The notes beneath the pieces are model-generated. The model searched no databases. It was given only the letters and a program-made list of their open reading frames with translations, and had not been told where the DNA came from. The position numbers were made by a program, and so were the translations under genes. A stretch of 64,000 bases of DNA from an uncultured Prevotellaceae bacterium. Its GTDB lineage: Bacteria > Bacteroidota > Bacteroidia > Bacteroidales > Muribaculaceae. The stretch covers positions 45,570-109,569 of the forward strand of contig CAMVBJ010000002.1 of assembly GCA_947165675.1 (NCBI GenBank), read 5' to 3'. Positions 18,655 through 31,637 of this stretch are shown piece after piece. Numbering within the stretch: the first letter of the stretch is position 1; every line of letters begins with the position of its first letter.

Positions 18655-19737
18655 ATGTTTGACTTCGGAATAGTCACGAAATGGTTGGATGACCTGCTCA
18701 ACAGCGTGATGCCTGGTTGGCTCACCACGACAATCGAGTGCGTACTGGTGGCCGTCGGCTTGCTGGTCGCTTATTCGCTCATCGCCATGTTCTACATCTT
18801 CTACGAGCGCAAGGTCTGTGGTTGGATTCAGTGTCGCCTGGGCCCGATGCGTGTGGGTAAATGGGGTTTGCTCCAGGTGTTTGCCGATGTGATTAAGATT
18901 CTCCAGAAGGAGTTGATTACCTTGTGGAACACCGACAAGTTCCTCTTCAAGTTGGCTCCCTATCTGGTGCTGATTGCATCGATGTTGACATTTGCTTGCC
19001 TGCCTTGGGGCAAGGGTTTGCAGATTGTTGACATGAACATCGGTGTGTTCTTTATCGTCGCTGTGTCATCTATCGGTGTGCTGGGTATCCTGCTCGCTGG
19101 ATGGGCAAGTAACAGCAAGTACACCCTGATTGGCGCTATGCGTAGTGGCGCCCAGATGATCAGCTACGAGTTGTCGTGCGGTATCTCGATCTTGACGATC
19201 GTGTGCTTGGCTGGCACGATGTCGATCACTGGCATCGTCGAGGCCCAGGCCGACGGCTGGTTCCTGTTCAAGGGACACCTGCCCGCTATCCTCGCGTTCA
19301 TTATATATATGATCGCTGCCAACGCCGAGAACAACCGTGGCCCGTTTGACCTCCCTGAGGCTGAGCACGAGTTGACTGCTGGTTACCACACCGAGTATTC
19401 AGGTATTCACTTCGGATTCTTTTATCTGGCCGAGTACCTGAACCTGTTCATCGTGTCGGGCATCGCCACCTTGCTCTTCCTGGGTGGCTGGATGCCGCTG
19501 CACATTCCTGGTTGGGAAGGCTTCAACAACGTGATGGACTACATTCCCAGTGTAGTGTGGTTCCTGGGCAAGGCCTTCTTCATCACCTTCATCTTCTTCT
19601 GGATCCGCTGGTCGTTCCCCCGCGTGCGTATTGACCAGATGCTGGCTCTCGAGTGGCGTTACCTGATGCCTATCGGTCTGGTTAACCTCGTCGTGATGGC
19701 CATCATCGTGACCCAGGGTTGGTACTTCGGTGCTTGA
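18655..19737 (+). CDS. nuoH: NADH-quinone oxidoreductase subunit H
   Basis: [52 protein letters not shown]. Confidence 0.97.
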   Translation: MFDFGIVTKWLDDLLNSVMPGWLTTTIECVLVAVGLLVAYSLIAMFYIFYERKVCGWIQCRLGPMRVGKWGLLQVFADVIKILQKELITLWNTDKFLFKLAPYLVLIASMLTFACLPWGKGLQIVDMNIGVFFIVAVSSIGVLGILLAGWASNSKYTLIGAMRSGAQMISYELSCGISILTIVCLAGTMSITGIVEAQADGWFLFKGHLPAILAFIIYMIAANAENNRGPFDLPEAEHELTAGYHTEYSGIHFGFFYLAEYLNLFIVSGIATLLFLGGWMPLHIPGWEGFNNVMDYIPSVVWFLGKAFFITFIFFWIRWSFPRVRIDQMLALEWRYLMPIGLVNLVVMAIIVTQGWYFGA

Positions 19738-19751
19738 TGTTTATCGAGTGA

Positions 19752-21305
<1,554 letters not shown>

Positions 21306-21344
21306 TCATGACTGTATTATTTTATATACATTAATTAATATAAC

Positions 21345-21578
21345 ATGACACTCAAAATCATATCGGCTGAACAGATCGAGTTTGAAGGCACTGTGGAACA
21401 GGTGACCTTGCCTGGCGCAATGGGTCAGTTCCAGGTGCTCAAGAACCATGCCGCGCTCATAGCCGCCCTCAAGGCCGGCACGATGAGCTATGTGGCCGAT
21501 GGCAACACTGTGGAGCGTGAGATTCACGGCGGTGTGGCCGATGTAAAAGATAATGTGGTGTCGGTTTGCCTCTATTAA
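21345..21578 (+). CDS. atpC: F1 ATP synthase epsilon subunit (N-terminal domain only)
   Basis: VTLPGAMGQFQVLKNHAALIAAL beta-sandwich; 77 aa. Confidence 0.92.
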   Translation: MTLKIISAEQIEFEGTVEQVTLPGAMGQFQVLKNHAALIAALKAGTMSYVADGNTVEREIHGGVADVKDNVVSVCLY

Positions 21579-21587
21579 CGCAAGACT

Positions 21588-22658
21588 ATGAAGAAAGCAA
21601 TCACAGCAATCATCGCGGTCGCTATCATCGCTCTCATGGCGTTTGGATATAACCAAGCGGCGGGTCATCGTGCCCACAGTGACGAGCAGGCCGAGATGAA
21701 TCCCCAGGAAATCATCTTTGAGCACCTGGGTGACTCCTATGGCTGGGAGGTGCCCTTCTCGCATAGCACGCGCATCCCGTTACCCGTCATCGTGCGCGCC
21801 CAGGATGGCTCGTGGCATGTGTTCATGTCAAGCCAGCTTGAGGGCGGTGCCCAGTATGACGGCTTCCAGATTGCCAAAGGTGGAGACTACAATAATAAGG
21901 TGGTCCAGATTTTGCCCGATGGTAGCCAGTTCCGTCCCGTGGATCTCTCCATCACCAAGAATGTGGCAGGCATTTTCATTGCCGCCCTGCTGGTGGTTCT
22001 GATGGTCTTTAAGGTCAAGAATTGGTATAAGAAAAACGGAATGAAGGCACCGCGCCGCTTTACCGCAGCACTCGAAGTGGTGGTGGACTTTGTCTATACC
22101 GACACGATTCGCCCCATCATGGGTAAGGAGGCGCCCAAGTATGGTCCCTACCTGTTGACGGTATTCTTCTTTATTCTGACGATGAACCTGTTAGGTCTTA
22201 TCGTTATCTTCCCAGGTGGAGCTAACCTGACTGGAAATCTGGCCGTGACAGCGGTACTTGCCGTCATCACGTTCCTGGTGACCAATTTGACAGGAACCAA
22301 GCACTACTGGAAAGAGATGTTGTGGCCTGAAGTGCCCACCGCGCTCAAGTGCCCAGTGCCCTTGATGCAGGTGATTGAGATCTTTGGCATTTTCACTAAG
22401 CCCATCGCGTTGATGATCCGTCTGTTTGCTAACATGATGGGTGGTCACATGGTGGTGATCGTGTTCATGCTGTTGATCTTCATCTTCGGTAGCATGTTCG
22501 GTACGGCTGTGGGTGCAGCGATGACGCCACTATCGGTGGCATTATCGTTGTTCATGCTGTTGCTTGACGTGCTTGTAAGCTTTATCCAAGCCTATGTGTT
22601 CACTATCCTTTCCACCATGTTCATCTCGATGGCCCATGTGCACGCTCACGCTGAGTGA
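21588..22658 (+). CDS. atpB: Fo ATP synthase subunit a
   Basis: KPIALMIRLFANMMGGH, FIQAYVFTILS; N-terminal signal-like extension. Confidence 0.96.
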   Translation: MKKAITAIIAVAIIALMAFGYNQAAGHRAHSDEQAEMNPQEIIFEHLGDSYGWEVPFSHSTRIPLPVIVRAQDGSWHVFMSSQLEGGAQYDGFQIAKGGDYNNKVVQILPDGSQFRPVDLSITKNVAGIFIAALLVVLMVFKVKNWYKKNGMKAPRRFTAALEVVVDFVYTDTIRPIMGKEAPKYGPYLLTVFFFILTMNLLGLIVIFPGGANLTGNLAVTAVLAVITFLVTNLTGTKHYWKEMLWPEVPTALKCPVPLMQVIEIFGIFTKPIALMIRLFANMMGGHMVVIVFMLLIFIFGSMFGTAVGAAMTPLSVALSLFMLLLDVLVSFIQAYVFTILSTMFISMAHVHAHAE

Positions 22659-22743
22659 TGCACGGTTCCCTGCACAGATTGACAACATGGTAACCCACAA
22701 CAGATAAATGAAATATAATTAAACAAAAACAATAACAAACTAA

Positions 22744-23001
<258 letters not shown>

Positions 23002-23024
23002 TTACCCCTTAACCGGTTTACCAG

Positions 23025-23522
23025 ATGGAACTTTTTAAGCCTGAATTTGGCCTGGCATTCTGGATGTTCATCGCATTCCTGTGCTTGTTCCTCATTCTTG
23101 CCAAGTGGGCATGGCCCTTCATCATCAAGTCGATGGAAGAGCGTGCCGACCTCATTGACAAGGGTGTGGCCTATGCTCAGGAGGCAAAGTCTCAATTGGA
23201 CAATGCCAAGGCCGAGGCAGACAAGTTGATTGCCAGTGCCCGTGACGAACAGGCCGAAATCCTGCGCGAGGCAGCCAAGATGCGCAACGAGCTCATCGAG
23301 AAGGCGCGTGGCGAGGCAGCCGACGAGGCCAAGAAGGTGACCGAAGCCGCTCAAGTATCGCTTGAGCAGGCGCGCAAGGAGGCCGAGAAGCAACTGCGCA
23401 CCCAAGTGGGTGACCTGGCATTGCAGATTGCTGAGAAGGTGATCCGCAAGAACATTGCCAGTGATGATGCTCAGCGTGCGCTTGTTGACCAATATCTGAG
23501 TGAGGTTGAGACTAAAAATTAA
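23025..23522 (+). CDS. atpF: Fo ATP synthase subunit b
   Basis: N-terminal TM (FWMFIAFLCLFLILAKWAWP) followed by a charged coiled coil. Confidence 0.95.
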   Translation: MELFKPEFGLAFWMFIAFLCLFLILAKWAWPFIIKSMEERADLIDKGVAYAQEAKSQLDNAKAEADKLIASARDEQAEILREAAKMRNELIEKARGEAADEAKKVTEAAQVSLEQARKEAEKQLRTQVGDLALQIAEKVIRKNIASDDAQRALVDQYLSEVETKN

Positions 23523-23528
23523 CGTGAT

Positions 23529-24071
23529 ATGAGTGACGGACTGATTCCACGCCGATATGCTAAAGCGCTGTACAAGTACGCCGTCGAGAACGGTGACTCG
23601 CAGGAGATTTATGAGCTCTTGAAGACGCTCAGCTTCCGCTACACCGCTGTCGACCAGCTCAAGCGCGCCGTGCTCAACCCCGAAATCTCTGACGAAGCCA
23701 AGGGAGCCTATATGCTCAAGCTCATGGGCGGCAAGCCTGGCAGCTCGCTGGACAAGTTCCTGCTGCTGTGTGTGCGCAATGGCCGCGCCGAGTACTTGCA
23801 GAAGATTTCCCTCGCCTATGTCGATCTCTACCGCGAGGCTCACGAGATAGCCCATGTGGTCATTACCTCTGCCGTAGCTATGCCAGAGGCCGAGGTCAAC
23901 GCAATTATCGACATCGTGAAGAAGCGCTTGGGTGCGATGACACTTGAAATTGAGCAGGTCCTTGACAAGGAACTCATCGGCGGCTTTACCGTCAAGATCA
24001 ATGGACTGGTGCTTGACGCGTCGGTAAAGAGAGAATTGAACGAATTGCGATTGCAATTACAGAAGAAATAA
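23529..24071 (+). CDS. atpH: F1 ATP synthase delta subunit
   Basis: RRYAKALY, ELIGGFTVKI...LDASV. Confidence 0.95.
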   Translation: MSDGLIPRRYAKALYKYAVENGDSQEIYELLKTLSFRYTAVDQLKRAVLNPEISDEAKGAYMLKLMGGKPGSSLDKFLLLCVRNGRAEYLQKISLAYVDLYREAHEIAHVVITSAVAMPEAEVNAIIDIVKKRLGAMTLEIEQVLDKELIGGFTVKINGLVLDASVKRELNELRLQLQKK

Positions 24072-24096
24072 ATGAATTCGATTTTTTAAAGAAGAG

Positions 24097-25692
24097 ATGA
24101 TTAATCCCAGTGAAATATCTGATATACTGAAACAGCAGCTCGTCGATGACATCGCCAAGCGTCAGGTGGCCTTTGAGGAAGAAGGCACCGTCCTGGAGGT
24201 GGGTGACGGAGTGGCTCATGCCTACGGTCTGCACAACGTTGAGGCCAACGAGCTTGTGCAGTTCGAGAATGGCGTGACTGGCGTTGCCATGAACCTGGAG
24301 GAGAGTGACGTGGGTATCATCCTGCTTGATGAGGTTGACACCGTGACCGAGAACATGAAGGTTCGTCGCACGGGTGAAATCGCCTCCATCGAGGTGGGCG
24401 AGGGACTGCTGGGCCGTGTAATCAACGTTCTGGCAAAGCCCATTGACGGCAAGGGACCCATCGACGGTAAGCGCCTGCGCCTGCCGCTGGAGCGCAAGGC
24501 TCCCGGTGTCATCTTCCGTCAGCCGGTGAACCAGCCGTTGCAGACAGGTCTCAAGGCCATCGACTCGATGATTCCCATCGGCCGTGGCCAGCGTGAGCTC
24601 ATCATCGGTGACCGCCAGATTGGCAAGACCGCTATTGCGGTGGACACCATCATCAACCAGCGTGCCAACTACGAGGCTGGCAAGCCGGTATATTGCATCT
24701 ATGTCGCCATCGGTCAGAAGGCTTCGACCGTTGCCGCTCTTGTCAACAAGCTTGAGGAGAGTGGGGCACTGCCTTATACCATTGTGGTAGCAGCAACCGC
24801 TGCCGACTCGGCTTCGATGCGTTACTATGCACCGTTTGCTGGTGCAGCCATCGGCGAGTACTTCCGCGACACTGGTCGTGATGCCCTCGTGATTTACGAT
24901 GACTTGTCCAAGCACGCTGTCGCTTATCGTGAGATCTCGCTGATCCTCAAGCGCCCCTCGGGCCGTGAGGCTTATCCTGGCGATATCTTCTATCTGCACA
25001 GCCGCTTGCTTGAGCGTGCTGCCAAAATTAACGAGAATCAGGCCGTGGCCAGCGTGATGAATGACCTGCCCGAGCCCCTCAAGCCCATCGTTAAGGGTGG
25101 TGGCTCATTGACGGCACTCCCCATCATCGAGACCCAGGCTGGCGACGTGAGCGCTTACATCCCCACCAATGTGATTTCCATTACCGACGGTCAGATTTAC
25201 CTTGAGTCGGCACTGTTCAACTCGGGTATCCGCCCTGCCGTCAATGTGGGTATCTCGGTTTCCCGTGTGGGTGGTAATGCTCAGATCAAGTGTATGAAGA
25301 AGGTAGCAGGTACCCTCAAGATCGCTCAGGCGCAGTACCGTGAGCTTGAGGCCTTCACCAAGTTTGGTGGTGACATCGATCCCGTTACTGCCCGTACTAT
25401 CGATACCGGCCGCAAGAACGAGCGCTTGCTCGTGCAGCCCCAGTACACCCCCATGCAGGTCGAGGAGCAGGTCGCCATCATCTACTGTGGCGTGAATGGC
25501 CTGCTGCGTGACGTGCCCCTGGACAAGGTGGGCGAGTTTGAGAAACAGTTCATCCAGTACCTGCGTGGCAAGCACCAGCAGGATGTCCTTGACGTGCTGC
25601 GCTCGGGTAAGATTGATGACGATGTCATGGCTAAGCTCAAAGCCGCAGCCGCCGATGTCGCAATGCGCTATACCCAGGGTGCTGCCAGTTAA
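24097..25692 (+). CDS. atpA: F1 ATP synthase alpha subunit
   Basis: [46 protein letters not shown]. Confidence 0.99.
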   Translation: MINPSEISDILKQQLVDDIAKRQVAFEEEGTVLEVGDGVAHAYGLHNVEANELVQFENGVTGVAMNLEESDVGIILLDEVDTVTENMKVRRTGEIASIEVGEGLLGRVINVLAKPIDGKGPIDGKRLRLPLERKAPGVIFRQPVNQPLQTGLKAIDSMIPIGRGQRELIIGDRQIGKTAIAVDTIINQRANYEAGKPVYCIYVAIGQKASTVAALVNKLEESGALPYTIVVAATAADSASMRYYAPFAGAAIGEYFRDTGRDALVIYDDLSKHAVAYREISLILKRPSGREAYPGDIFYLHSRLLERAAKINENQAVASVMNDLPEPLKPIVKGGGSLTALPIIETQAGDVSAYIPTNVISITDGQIYLESALFNSGIRPAVNVGISVSRVGGNAQIKCMKKVAGTLKIAQAQYRELEAFTKFGGDIDPVTARTIDTGRKNERLLVQPQYTPMQVEEQVAIIYCGVNGLLRDVPLDKVGEFEKQFIQYLRGKHQQDVLDVLRSGKIDDDVMAKLKAAAADVAMRYTQGAAS

Positions 25693-25716
25693 TCCAGCAA
25701 TCATTAAGTTCGCAAG

Positions 25717-26601
25717 ATGTCAACATTAAGAGAACTCAAGACGCGAATAGGCTCGGTAGCCTCGACTCAGAAGACGACGAGTGCCATGAAGATGATCTCG
25801 TCGTCCAAGATGCGCAAGGCAACCGGCCAGTTGCAACGCCTGTCGCCCTACCGCCACATGGTGCAGCACGTGATCAGCCACCTGCTGGTGACCGACCAGC
25901 AGTTTGACTCACCGCTCATCGCCGACCGTGATGTGCAGCGTGTTGCCCTCGTGGTCTTCGGTAGCGACGACGGCTTGTGCGGAGGATTCAATGTCAACAT
26001 CTTCAAGCAGTTGCTCGTTAGCATCAATGAGGTGCGTGAGCAGTACGGTAAGCAGGTGGGTATCACCATTGTGCCCGTTGGCAAGAAGATGACCAAGGCA
26101 GTCGAGAAGATTGCTGGCAAGGAAATTCAGATGGAGCGTGTGGCTCTCAATACCCGCAGTGGCAGTGAGGACCTGTATGCCTTCACTGACTTGATGAAGA
26201 CCCGCTTCCTGGAGCGCACGTTTGACCGCGTGGAGATGCTCTATATGCATTTCATCTCCACAGGCAAGCAGGTGTTCACCCGCGAGCAGTTACTGCCCGT
26301 GAGCTATCAGGGACTTGCCGACAATGTTGACCCCCGCGCCGCCAACAGCCCTTGCTTGTTTGAACCCGATGCCAATACCATTTTCAACACCGTGTTGCCG
26401 CTGCACATCAAGTCGATGCTCCAGGATGTGTTCATCCAGAGCGCGGCCAGTGAGCAGAGCGCACGCGTGATGGCGATGCAGGCTGCGAGCGACAATGCCA
26501 AGGAGCTGCTTGACGAGTTGCAGCTGGAGTACAACAAACTGCGTCAGCAGGGCATCACCACCGAGCTGCTCGATATCCTGGGTGGCCAGGTGGAACGCTA
26601 A
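25717..26601 (+). CDS. atpG: F1 ATP synthase gamma subunit
   Basis: TQKTTSAMKMIS, GLCGGFN, SARVMAMQAASDNA, YNKLRQQGITTEL. Confidence 0.98.
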   Translation: MSTLRELKTRIGSVASTQKTTSAMKMISSSKMRKATGQLQRLSPYRHMVQHVISHLLVTDQQFDSPLIADRDVQRVALVVFGSDDGLCGGFNVNIFKQLLVSINEVREQYGKQVGITIVPVGKKMTKAVEKIAGKEIQMERVALNTRSGSEDLYAFTDLMKTRFLERTFDRVEMLYMHFISTGKQVFTREQLLPVSYQGLADNVDPRAANSPCLFEPDANTIFNTVLPLHIKSMLQDVFIQSAASEQSARVMAMQAASDNAKELLDELQLEYNKLRQQGITTELLDILGGQVER

Positions 26602-26638
26602 GCGAAATGTTAAGATAATAAGAGAATACATTTATATT

Positions 26639-27190
26639 ATGAACATTAAGGAGTATTTCGTCTCAATCTTTAAGGGCTTTTACAGCCTGATTAAGGGCAT
26701 GGAAGTGACCGGTAAGGAGCTGGTGACTCCCAAGGTGACCGAGCAGTATCCCGAGAACCGCGCCGAGCTTCACATCCCGGAGCGCTTCAGGGCAACACTG
26801 GAGTTCATCTATGATGACAATGGTCGCCACAAGTGCATCGCCTGCGGTAGCTGCGAGCGCAACTGTCCTAACCAGACCATCAGCATCACCAAGCGCATGG
26901 TGGAACAGCCTGATGGCAAGAAGAAAATGAAACTCGACAAGTACATGTACGACTTGGGTAGTTGCACTTTCTGTGGTCTGTGTGTACAGGTGTGTCCTAC
27001 CAATGCTATCCGCTTCAGCAACGACTTTGAGCAGGCGGTATTCACCCGCGAGAAGCTCCACAAGCAGCTCAACTACCTGCCCGAGAAGGACGACGCTCCC
27101 GCTCCCGCACCTGCTGCCAAACCGGCAGCTGCTGCCAAGCCCGCTGCTGACGAGACCAAACAAGAATCTCAAGAAAACAAAGAACAATAA
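26639..27190 (+). CDS. nuoI: NADH-quinone oxidoreductase subunit I
   Basis: Two 4Fe-4S motifs CIACGSCERNCP and CTFCGLCVQVCP; TEQYPE; Pro/Ala/Lys tail. Start placed at MNIKEY. Confidence 0.95.
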   Translation: MNIKEYFVSIFKGFYSLIKGMEVTGKELVTPKVTEQYPENRAELHIPERFRATLEFIYDDNGRHKCIACGSCERNCPNQTISITKRMVEQPDGKKKMKLDKYMYDLGSCTFCGLCVQVCPTNAIRFSNDFEQAVFTREKLHKQLNYLPEKDDAPAPAPAAKPAAAAKPAADETKQESQENKEQ

Positions 27191-27705
27191 TGGAATCAGT
27201 AGGTAACATCATTTTGTACTTTATCGTTGCTATCGCCATCATCGTGTTCTCGGTGTTGACGGTTACCACGCGCAGGATTCTGCGCTCAGCAACCTATCTG
27301 CTGTTTGTGCTTTTTGCAACAGCCATCATCTACTTCCAGATGGATTACCAGTTCCTGGGAGCAGTGCAGATTGCCGTCTATGCTGGTGGTATTCTGGTGC
27401 TGTTTGTGTTTGCTATCATGCTTACACAGCAGCCTGGTAAGAGTGCCGAGGCACTTACCACACAGCGTCGCTGGCTGGGTCTGTCGGCAGCATTGGCAGG
27501 CGTTGCCGTTTGTGGCTACGGACTGTTCAGTTATGCCGGTCTTGCCGGTCGCCTGCTCAGCAGTGACGTGGACGTCAATATGGAAAAGATTGGCCAGTTC
27601 TTGTTGAGTACCGACAAGTTTGGCTATCTGTTGCCTTTTGAGGCCATCAGTGTGTTGTTATTGGCTTGTATCATTGGAGGTGTGGTTATTGCCCGTCGCC
27701 GCTAA
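27190..27705 (+). CDS. nuoJ: NADH-quinone oxidoreductase subunit J
   Basis: AVQIAVYAGGILVLFVFAIML, LLPFEAIS. Confidence 0.96.
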   Translation: MESVGNIILYFIVAIAIIVFSVLTVTTRRILRSATYLLFVLFATAIIYFQMDYQFLGAVQIAVYAGGILVLFVFAIMLTQQPGKSAEALTTQRRWLGLSAALAGVAVCGYGLFSYAGLAGRLLSSDVDVNMEKIGQFLLSTDKFGYLLPFEAISVLLLACIIGGVVIARRR

Positions 27706-27720
27706 ACATTTGTGAAGATT

Positions 27721-28032
27721 ATGGATTTGACACTGTTTATGTATCTTATTCCCAGCCTGATCATGTTTGGCTGCGGTGTTTACGGCTTCATCACTCGCAA
27801 GAACATGATTGCGATTATGATTTCACTCGAGTTGATGCTCAACTCGGTGGATATCAACTTTGTGGTGTTTAACCGTTACTTGTTCCCTGGTCAGATGGAC
27901 GGCATGTTCTTCTCGCTGTTTGCGATTGCAATCGCGGCTGCCGAGACTGCTCTTGCCCTTGCCATCATTATCAATGTGTTCCGCATTGCCAAGAACGTGG
28001 ACATCAACCAAATCACTAAACTGAAATTCTAA
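27721..28032 (+). CDS. nuoK: NADH-quinone oxidoreductase subunit K
   Basis: SLELMLNSV, AIAAAETALALAI. Confidence 0.96.
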   Translation: MDLTLFMYLIPSLIMFGCGVYGFITRKNMIAIMISLELMLNSVDINFVVFNRYLFPGQMDGMFFSLFAIAIAAAETALALAIIINVFRIAKNVDINQITKLKF

Positions 28033-28037
28033 CGATT

Positions 28038-30035
28038 ATGCCATTAAGTTTAGCAATAGTAGTTGTAGCATTACCCCTGCTGATGTTCCTGTTCCTGGGA
28101 CTCGTCGGGGTGAAAATGGGTAGAAAAATCACGGGTGTGATTGGGGTACTGGCCATGCTGGTTGATACCGTCCTTGCCTATGGTGTGGCGCTGACCTACT
28201 TCTTCGGCAGTGGTCAGGGTCAGATGGTGGATGGTGTTCGTCAGGCTGTGGTTGTCGCTAATCCCGCCTGGTTGTCGTTTACCGACACGCTGGTGGTGCG
28301 CATGGGCGTCCTGGTTGACCCCATCGCCGCAATGATGCTGGTGGTCATCACCACGGTATCGTTGATGGTGCACCTCTATAGCCTCGGGTACATGAGTGAC
28401 CACGATGGTAACGCCGAGAAGGGTTTCCAGCGTTACTATGCTTTCCTGGCTCTGTTCACGTTCTCGATGTTGGGCCTGGTTGTAGCTACCAACATTTTCC
28501 AGATTTTCATCTTCTTTGAGATGGTAGGTCTTTCGTCCTATCTGCTCATCGGTTTCTATTATTCAACTCCTGCCGCCAACCATGCTAATAAGAAGGCCTT
28601 TATCGTGACTCGTCTGGCCGACTTGTTCTTCTTGTTAGGTATCATGATTCTGAGCTACTACACGGGTACGTTCGACTTCGACAAGCTGGTCTTCGGACCC
28701 ACGATGTCGGGTAGCCTTGAGACCGCTCAGAGCGCCATCAGTACTGCTGGAGGCGCCACCTTCATGGGTTGCTCGGTAATGGCCTGGGCGTTGACTTTCA
28801 TCTTCATTGGCGGTGCCGGTAAGAGTGCTATGTACCCGTTGCACATCTGGCTGCCCGATGCGATGGAGGGTCCAACTCCCGTGTCGGCGTTGATCCACGC
28901 AGCTACCATGGTTGTGGCTGGTGTGTTCCTGGTGGCAAGGCTCTTCCCGCTGTATGTCCTTGTACAGGGTGCGATGAACATTATTCTGGTCGTTGGCGCG
29001 TTCACGGCATTCTATGCAGCCGCCATCGCCTGCACCCAGAGCGACATCAAGCGTGCGCTGGCTTTCTCGACCATTTCCCAGATTGCGTTCATGATGACGT
29101 CGCTTGCCGTTAGCTCTAACAACAATTCGCTCATTGAGATTCACGAGGGCTACGGTCTGGGTTACATGGCATCCATGTTCCACCTGTTCACCCACGCAAT
29201 GTTCAAGGCGTTGCTTTTCCTGTGTGCCGGTGCTATCATTCATGCCGTTCACAGCAATGAGAATGACAAGATGCACGGCTTGCACAAGTACATGCCCATC
29301 ACCAGCATCGCCTTCTTGATCGGTTGCTTGGCCATTGCGGGTATTCCCCCGTTTGCCGGCTTCTGGTCTAAGGACGAAATCCTCGTCGCCGCCTACCAGC
29401 GTGGTCTGGGTTGGGGCCTGTGGATGTCGATGGTGGCTTGCATGACAGCCTTCTACATGTTCCGCATCTACTACCTCATCTTCTTCTGGAAGAAACACGA
29501 GGTACACGATCCCCATCATGCTCCCAAGGATCAGCCCTGGACGATGACGCTGCCGCTCATCATCCTCGCGTGCATCTCGGTTGTGGCTGGCTTCGTGCCC
29601 TTCCACAATCTGGTGACCTGGGATGGTCATCATCTGCACACCGCTCTCGACTGGACGGTGGCTGGTTCGAGCGTTGTTGTAGCCCTTGTGGGTATTGGCC
29701 TGGCAACAGTGATGTACTACAAGGAGAACCCGCTGCCCGAGCGCATGGCCAATGCGATGCGTGGCCTGTGGACCGCCAGCTACAAGCGCTTCTACATGGA
29801 TGAGCTCTATCAGTTCATCACCCACAAGGTGATTTTCCAGGCCATCTGTGTGCCCATCGCTTGGTTTGACCGTCACATCATTGACGGCTTCATGAACTTG
29901 CTGGCCGACCTTACTCAGTCTGTATCGTTCTCGATACGTCGACTGCAGTCTGGTAGCATCCAGGGTTATGTGTATGTTTACATGATTGGTGCCCTGCTGC
30001 TGGCAGCCATCACCATGATATGTGTAATCTTGTAA
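28038..30035 (+). CDS. nuoL: NADH-quinone oxidoreductase subunit L
   Basis: GKSAMYPLHIWLPDAMEGPTPVSALIHAATMV, FHLFTHAMFKALLFL. Confidence 0.97.
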   Translation: MPLSLAIVVVALPLLMFLFLGLVGVKMGRKITGVIGVLAMLVDTVLAYGVALTYFFGSGQGQMVDGVRQAVVVANPAWLSFTDTLVVRMGVLVDPIAAMMLVVITTVSLMVHLYSLGYMSDHDGNAEKGFQRYYAFLALFTFSMLGLVVATNIFQIFIFFEMVGLSSYLLIGFYYSTPAANHANKKAFIVTRLADLFFLLGIMILSYYTGTFDFDKLVFGPTMSGSLETAQSAISTAGGATFMGCSVMAWALTFIFIGGAGKSAMYPLHIWLPDAMEGPTPVSALIHAATMVVAGVFLVARLFPLYVLVQGAMNIILVVGAFTAFYAAAIACTQSDIKRALAFSTISQIAFMMTSLAVSSNNNSLIEIHEGYGLGYMASMFHLFTHAMFKALLFLCAGAIIHAVHSNENDKMHGLHKYMPITSIAFLIGCLAIAGIPPFAGFWSKDEILVAAYQRGLGWGLWMSMVACMTAFYMFRIYYLIFFWKKHEVHDPHHAPKDQPWTMTLPLIILACISVVAGFVPFHNLVTWDGHHLHTALDWTVAGSSVVVALVGIGLATVMYYKENPLPERMANAMRGLWTASYKRFYMDELYQFITHKVIFQAICVPIAWFDRHIIDGFMNLLADLTQSVSFSIRRLQSGSIQGYVYVYMIGALLLAAITMICVIL

Positions 30036-30068
30036 TCAACGGTCTTGACAAAATAGAAAGGATATACA

Positions 30069-31598
30069 ATGGAAATTTTCAATAATATACTGATTTACTT
30101 TGTAATCGTGCCTCTGCTGACGCTTGGAGGCCTGGCCCTGTGCAGCAACCGCGGCATCAAGGCCATTAGGACCGTTGCCGTTGTCGGCGCCAGTGTGCTC
30201 ATGGTACTTGCCATCGCACTGGTCAAGATGTTCCTTGCTGCCCGTGGCGCCGGGGTCACCGATGAAATGATCCTGCGCAGCGACGTGATGTGGTATGCCC
30301 CGTTCAATGTCCACTTGGCCCTGGGCGTTGACGGCGTGAGCGTTGTCATGATATTGTTGTCGGCATTCATCGTGTTTGCCGGCGTATTCGCCTCGTGGAA
30401 GATGAATCCGCTGCCCAAGCAGTTCTTCATGTGGTTCTTCCTGTTGTCCACGGGTGTGTTTGGCTTCTTTATCTCGATTGACCTGTTCACGATGTTTATG
30501 TTCTATGAGGTCGCTCTGATTCCCATGTACCTGTTGATTGGTGTTTGGGGTAGTGGCAACAAGAACTATAGCGCCATGAAGCTGACCTTGATGCTGATGG
30601 GTGGCTCTGCCTTCCTGATGCTTGGCTTGATTGGTATTTACTTCCATTCAGCCCCCGAGGGTCAGCCCCTGACGATGAACATCCTGGACATTGCCCATAA
30701 CAATGCTATTCCCCACAGCTGGCAGTACGTGCTGTTCCCGCTGACGTTTGTCGGCTTCGGCGTGCTGGGTGCCATGTTCCCCTTCCACACATGGTCTCCT
30801 GATGGTCATGCTTCGGCGCCCACAGCGGTGTCGATGCTCCACGCCGGTGTACTGATGAAGCTCGGTGGATATGGCTGCTTCCGCATCGCCATCTATCTGA
30901 TGCCTTTTGCAGCCAATGAGTTGGCATGGATTTTCCTGCTGTTGACGGGCTTCAGTATCGTCTATGGTGCTTTGAGCGCCTGTGTACAGACCGACCTCAA
31001 GTACATCAATGCTTACTCGTCGGTTAGCCACTGTGGTATGGTACTGTTTGCCATCTTGATGTTCAACACCACAGCGATGACGGGTGCTGTGCTCCAGATG
31101 CTCTCTCACGGTCTGATGACGGCCTTGTTCTTTGCCTTGATTGGTATGATCTACGGTCGCACTCACACCCGTGACATCCGCGACATGGGTGGTATGATGC
31201 ACATCATGCCTTATCTGGGCGTGGGCTATGTGATTGCCGGTTTGGCATCGTTGGGTCTGCCGGGTCTGAGTGGTTTCGCTGCCGAGATGACCATCTTCTT
31301 CGGCTCGTTCCAGCACACCGACACCTTCCACCGCGTGCTCACCATCATGGCGACCACCTCGATTGTTGTGACGGCTGTCTATATCCTGCGCGTTGTTGCC
31401 AAGTTGCTCTTTGGCGAGGTACAGGATGAGCACCACCGCTCCCTCACCGACGCCAGCTGGGAGGAGCGCCTCTCGACGGCCACGCTGATCCTGGCTGTGG
31501 CTGCCATCGGTTGCTTCCCCAACTTCTTTGTGAACATCATCAGCAGCAGCTTTGAGCCCGTTGTTAAGGCCTTGCAGGCTGCCCTGCCCATGATTTAA
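30069..31598 (+). CDS. nuoM: NADH-quinone oxidoreductase subunit M
   Basis: FYEVALIPMY, PFHTWSPDGHASAPT, AYSSVSH, SLGLPGLSGFAAE. Confidence 0.97.
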   Translation: MEIFNNILIYFVIVPLLTLGGLALCSNRGIKAIRTVAVVGASVLMVLAIALVKMFLAARGAGVTDEMILRSDVMWYAPFNVHLALGVDGVSVVMILLSAFIVFAGVFASWKMNPLPKQFFMWFFLLSTGVFGFFISIDLFTMFMFYEVALIPMYLLIGVWGSGNKNYSAMKLTLMLMGGSAFLMLGLIGIYFHSAPEGQPLTMNILDIAHNNAIPHSWQYVLFPLTFVGFGVLGAMFPFHTWSPDGHASAPTAVSMLHAGVLMKLGGYGCFRIAIYLMPFAANELAWIFLLLTGFSIVYGALSACVQTDLKYINAYSSVSHCGMVLFAILMFNTTAMTGAVLQMLSHGLMTALFFALIGMIYGRTHTRDIRDMGGMMHIMPYLGVGYVIAGLASLGLPGLSGFAAEMTIFFGSFQHTDTFHRVLTIMATTSIVVTAVYILRVVAKLLFGEVQDEHHRSLTDASWEERLSTATLILAVAAIGCFPNFFVNIISSSFEPVVKALQAALPMI

Positions 31599-31637
31599 TG
31601 AAAGTGTTTAACCTGATAAAAATAGCATAATATAGAT

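Noticed and set aside
27090-27160. Pro/Ala/Lys tail of NuoI as a novel domain
   Set aside because: Low-complexity charged tail of a kind common on Bacteroidales NuoI; no further signal.
28635-31436. Long antisense ORFs (413, 203 and 262 aa) over nuoL/nuoM
   Set aside because: Mirror frames of hydrophobic genes, which lack stop codons on the opposite strand by codon bias.
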